Below are positions 61,404 to 64,000 of a stretch of DNA of 64,000 bases, piece after piece. The stretch comes from Steroidobacterales bacterium (GTDB lineage: Bacteria > Pseudomonadota > Gammaproteobacteria > Steroidobacterales > Steroidobacteraceae). Location: positions 16,464 to 80,463 of the forward strand of contig JBBQWY010000010.1 in the NCBI GenBank assembly GCA_038210215.1. Direction: 5' to 3'. The notes beneath the pieces are model-generated. The model was not told where the DNA came from. It was given only the letters and a program-made list of their open reading frames with translations, and did not search any database. A program made the translations under genes and the position numbers. The stretch's first letter is position 1, and every line of letters starts with the position of its first letter.

Positions 61404-62779
61404 GGTTCCTTGCCGATCACGGTGGCACGCAGGTGGCCGTGTTTCAGGCGCGCTTCGATCTGATCACCCACGCTAACTTCACCCGCGTCGGTCAGCAAAC
61501 GACCATCGCTCGTGACCGTCACGATCGCATAGCCCCGCGCGAGGGTCGCGAGCGGGCTCGCAGTATGCAGGCCGCGCTGCGCCACTGCGAGGCGTTGGCG
61601 CAGCAGGTTCAGCTGTGCGGCCAGCGCGGTGCGCAGTTGATGATCGAGCGCCGCGAGCCGCTGCACGATCAGCTGCAGCTGTGCTGCCGGCGCGCGCTGC
61701 GCGAGCCGGGTGCCGAGCTCACTGAGCCGCGCCGCGCTTTCGGACAGTTGCAGCCGCTGCGCGACCCGCAGCCGCTGTTCGAGTTCATCGAGTCGCTGCA
61801 CACCATCCGCGACGCGCTGACCGGGATGCAGCAGCGCGAGACGCCGGCGCAGCCGATCCTGCTGCGCGTATTCGTCCTGGAGGCGGCTCCGCAGGCTGCG
61901 CGTCAGGCGCTGCAGCAACTGCGTGAAGTTGCTGATCCAGGCCTGGCGGTCCGGCACGACCAGTTCAGCGGCGCCGGAGGGAGTCGGTGCGCGCAGGTCG
62001 GCGACCAGGTCGGCGATCGTGAAGTCGATCTCGTGCCCGACGCCGCTGACGACCGGCATTGGCGCCGCGGCGATGGCGCGCGCGACCCGCTCATCGTTGA
62101 AAGCCCACAGGTCTTCGAGGGAGCCGCCACCGCGGGCAATGATCAGCACATCGCAGTCCGCGCGTTCGCTCGCAAGCCGAAGCGCCGCCAGGATCTCGGG
62201 AACAGCCGCGGCGCCCTGCACGGCGGTCGGGTAGATCCGAACGGGGACGGCCGGAAAGCGTCGCCTGAGGATATTCAGGATGTCGCGCACGGCCGCGCCG
62301 CTCGGCGAAGTCACCACGGCAATCCGGCGCGGCAGGGTCGGCAGCGGGCGTTTGCGGGCCGCATCAAGCAGGCCCTCGGCGAGCAGCTTCTGCTTGAGAT
62401 TGTCGAACTCGCGGCGCAGCGCGCCGATTCCCGCTTCTTCGAGGTGTTCGATGAGCAGTTGATAGTCGCCGCGCGGCTCGTAAAGGCCAACCCGGGCCCG
62501 GGCCAGCACCTGCTGCCCATCCTTGACGGCAAAGCGCACGCTGGCGTTGCGCTGGCGGAACATGGCACAGCGCACCTGGGCATCACGGTCCTTCAGCGAG
62601 AAATACCAGTGGCCGGAGGCGGGGCGCGCGAGATTGGAGATCTCGGCTTCGACCCAGACGGCCGGCATGCCATGGTCGAGCAGCAGCCGCACCTCGCGAT
62701 TGAGACGCGAGACGCTGTAGACGTCGCGTTCAGGGTGGGAGGCGCTCGGAACCGACGGAGCTGGCGCGGTATCCGGCAT
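61400..62779 (-). CDS. xseA: Exodeoxyribonuclease VII large subunit
   Basis: The N-terminal OB-fold reads VYSVSRLNREVRLLLDHGMPAVWVEAEISNLARPASGHWYFSLKD. Catalytic-region motifs (GRIAVVTSPSGAAVRD, RGGGSLEDLWAFN) and a C-terminal coiled coil are present. Confidence 0.93.
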   Translation of the reverse strand: MPDTAPAPSVPSASHPERDVYSVSRLNREVRLLLDHGMPAVWVEAEISNLARPASGHWYFSLKDRDAQVRCAMFRQRNASVRFAVKDGQQVLARARVGLYEPRGDYQLLIEHLEEAGIGALRREFDNLKQKLLAEGLLDAARKRPLPTLPRRIAVVTSPSGAAVRDILNILRRRFPAVPVRIYPTAVQGAAAVPEILAALRLASERADCDVLIIARGGGSLEDLWAFNDERVARAIAAAPMPVVSGVGHEIDFTIADLVADLRAPTPSGAAELVVPDRQAWISNFTQLLQRLTRSLRSRLQDEYAQQDRLRRRLALLHPGQRVADGVQRLDELEQRLRVAQRLQLSESAARLSELGTRLAQRAPAAQLQLIVQRLAALDHQLRTALAAQLNLLRQRLAVAQRGLHTASPLATLARGYAIVTVTSDGRLLTDAGEVSVGDQIEARLKHGHLRATVIGKEP

Positions 62780-62845
62780 CGTCGGAGTTTACCGTTTTTG
62801 CGCGCCTGCGTAGAATGAAGCGTCCAGTTTCCTTGGACAGCCCCT

Positions 62846-64000
62846 ATGCGAATCCTCGAAGAAGCACTGACGTTCGACGACGTGCTGCTGGTCCCGGCTT
62901 ACTCCGAGGTGCTGCCGCGCGAGGTTGACCTGTCGACCCAGCTGACCCGCAGGATCCGGCTCAACCTGCCGATCATATCGGCCGCCATGGATACGGTCAC
63001 CGAGGCGCGGCTCGCCATCACGATCGCCCAGGAGGGCGGCATTGGCATCATCCACAAGAGCATGTCGATCGAGGAGCAGGCGCGCGAGGTCAACCAGGTC
63101 AAGAAGTACGAAAGCGGCGTCGTGTTGAATCCGATCTCGGTCACACCCGACACCACCATTCGCCAGGTGCTGGATCTGACCAAGTCACGCGGCATCTCTG
63201 GCGTGCCGGTTGTGGTCGGCAACAAAGCGGTCGGCATCGTCACGAGTCGCGATCTGCGCTTCGAGACTCAGTTCGATGCACCGGTGTCGTCGGTCATGAC
63301 GCCGAAGGATCGGCTGATCACGGTCCGCGAAGATGCCTCTCGAGCAGAAGTGCTGAGACTGTTCCACAAGCATCGCATCGAAAAGGTGCTGGTGATCGGC
63401 GACGATCATGAGTTGAAGGGCCTGATCACGGTCAAGGACATCCAGAAAGCGACCGACCGGCCCCGATCGAGCAAGGATGCGGAAGGGCGTCTGCGGGTCG
63501 GCGCGGCGGTCGGCACCACACCGGATACGCTCGATCGCGTCGCGGCGCTGCGCGCAGTAGGCGTTGATGTGGTGGTCGTCGACACCTCGCATGGCCATTC
63601 GCGCGGTGTGTTGCAGATCGTCGAGCAGATCAAGTCCCGCTGGCCCGATCAGCAAGTGATCGCGGGCAACATCGTGACGGCGGCTGGCGCACTCGATCTG
63701 GTCAAGGCGGGCGCAGATGCAGTCAAGGTCGGCATTGGCCCCGGTTCGATCTGCACCACGCGCATTGTCGCCGGCGTCGGCGTGCCGCAGATCAGCGCCG
63801 TGGCGAATGTCGCCGCGGCGCTCGCCAAGGAAGGCGTACCGCTGATCGCCGATGGCGGCATTCGTTATTCGGGTGATGTCGCCAAGGCGATTGTTGCTGG
63901 TGCGCACACGATCATGATCGGCGGACTGTTCGCCGGCACCGAAGAGTCGCCGGGCGAAGTCGAGCTTTACCAAGGCGCCAGCTACAAGAGCTATCGCGGC
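62846..64000 (+). CDS. guaB: IMP dehydrogenase, 3'-truncated by window edge
   Basis: ATG 62846 gives [29 protein letters not shown]...[16 protein letters not shown] pair and [11 protein letters not shown] (catalytic Cys) are present. The frame is open to base 64000. The gene is divergent from xseA, as in many proteobacteria. Confidence 0.95.
   Translation, partial: MRILEEALTFDDVLLVPAYSEVLPREVDLSTQLTRRIRLNLPIISAAMDTVTEARLAITIAQEGGIGIIHKSMSIEEQAREVNQVKKYESGVVLNPISVTPDTTIRQVLDLTKSRGISGVPVVVGNKAVGIVTSRDLRFETQFDAPVSSVMTPKDRLITVREDASRAEVLRLFHKHRIEKVLVIGDDHELKGLITVKDIQKATDRPRSSKDAEGRLRVGAAVGTTPDTLDRVAALRAVGVDVVVVDTSHGHSRGVLQIVEQIKSRWPDQQVIAGNIVTAAGALDLVKAGADAVKVGIGPGSICTTRIVAGVGVPQISAVANVAAALAKEGVPLIADGGIRYSGDVAKAIVAGAHTIMIGGLFAGTEESPGEVELYQGASYKSYRG

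Overview
GC-rich chromosomal segment with gammaproteobacterial core synteny: queA-tgt-yajC-secD-secF, suhB/trmJ-iscS...ndk-rlmN-pilW-rodZ-hisS-yfgM-bamB-der, and xseA/guaB. A Xanthomonadales/Nevskiales-like origin is inference only. I call 59 protein-coding genes (the first and last cut by the window edges), one probably frameshifted membrane-protein gene, one tRNA-Leu(CAA) and one TPP riboswitch. I saw no rRNA, CRISPR array, transposase, phage or integron features, and no recognisable defence or toxin-antitoxin module. The window is very compact, with many 1-17 nt start/stop overlaps, and has many long antisense ORFs that I treat as GC-driven artefacts. Points worth a second look: (1) a TPP-riboswitch-controlled thiamine scavenging operon (TonB-dependent receptor, PnuC-like transporter, APH-fold kinase); (2) an unusual, largely translationally coupled SDR / beta-propeller / HAD phosphatase / hexapeptide-repeat protein / histidine ammonia-lyase string with no other hut genes; (3) a stripped-down isc locus (no iscR, hscBA or fdx) whose IscU-like ORF keeps only one of the three canonical cluster-ligand cysteines; (4) a split membrane-protein gene upstream of a winged-helix regulator, with a palindrome in its putative promoter; (5) an SDR with a Sec-type signal peptide and a membrane-anchored RraB-like protein; (6) a TetR/IcmF divergent locus with a candidate operator. 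None of these is demonstrably a new system from sequence alone. All product calls rest on by-eye motif recognition, not database searches.
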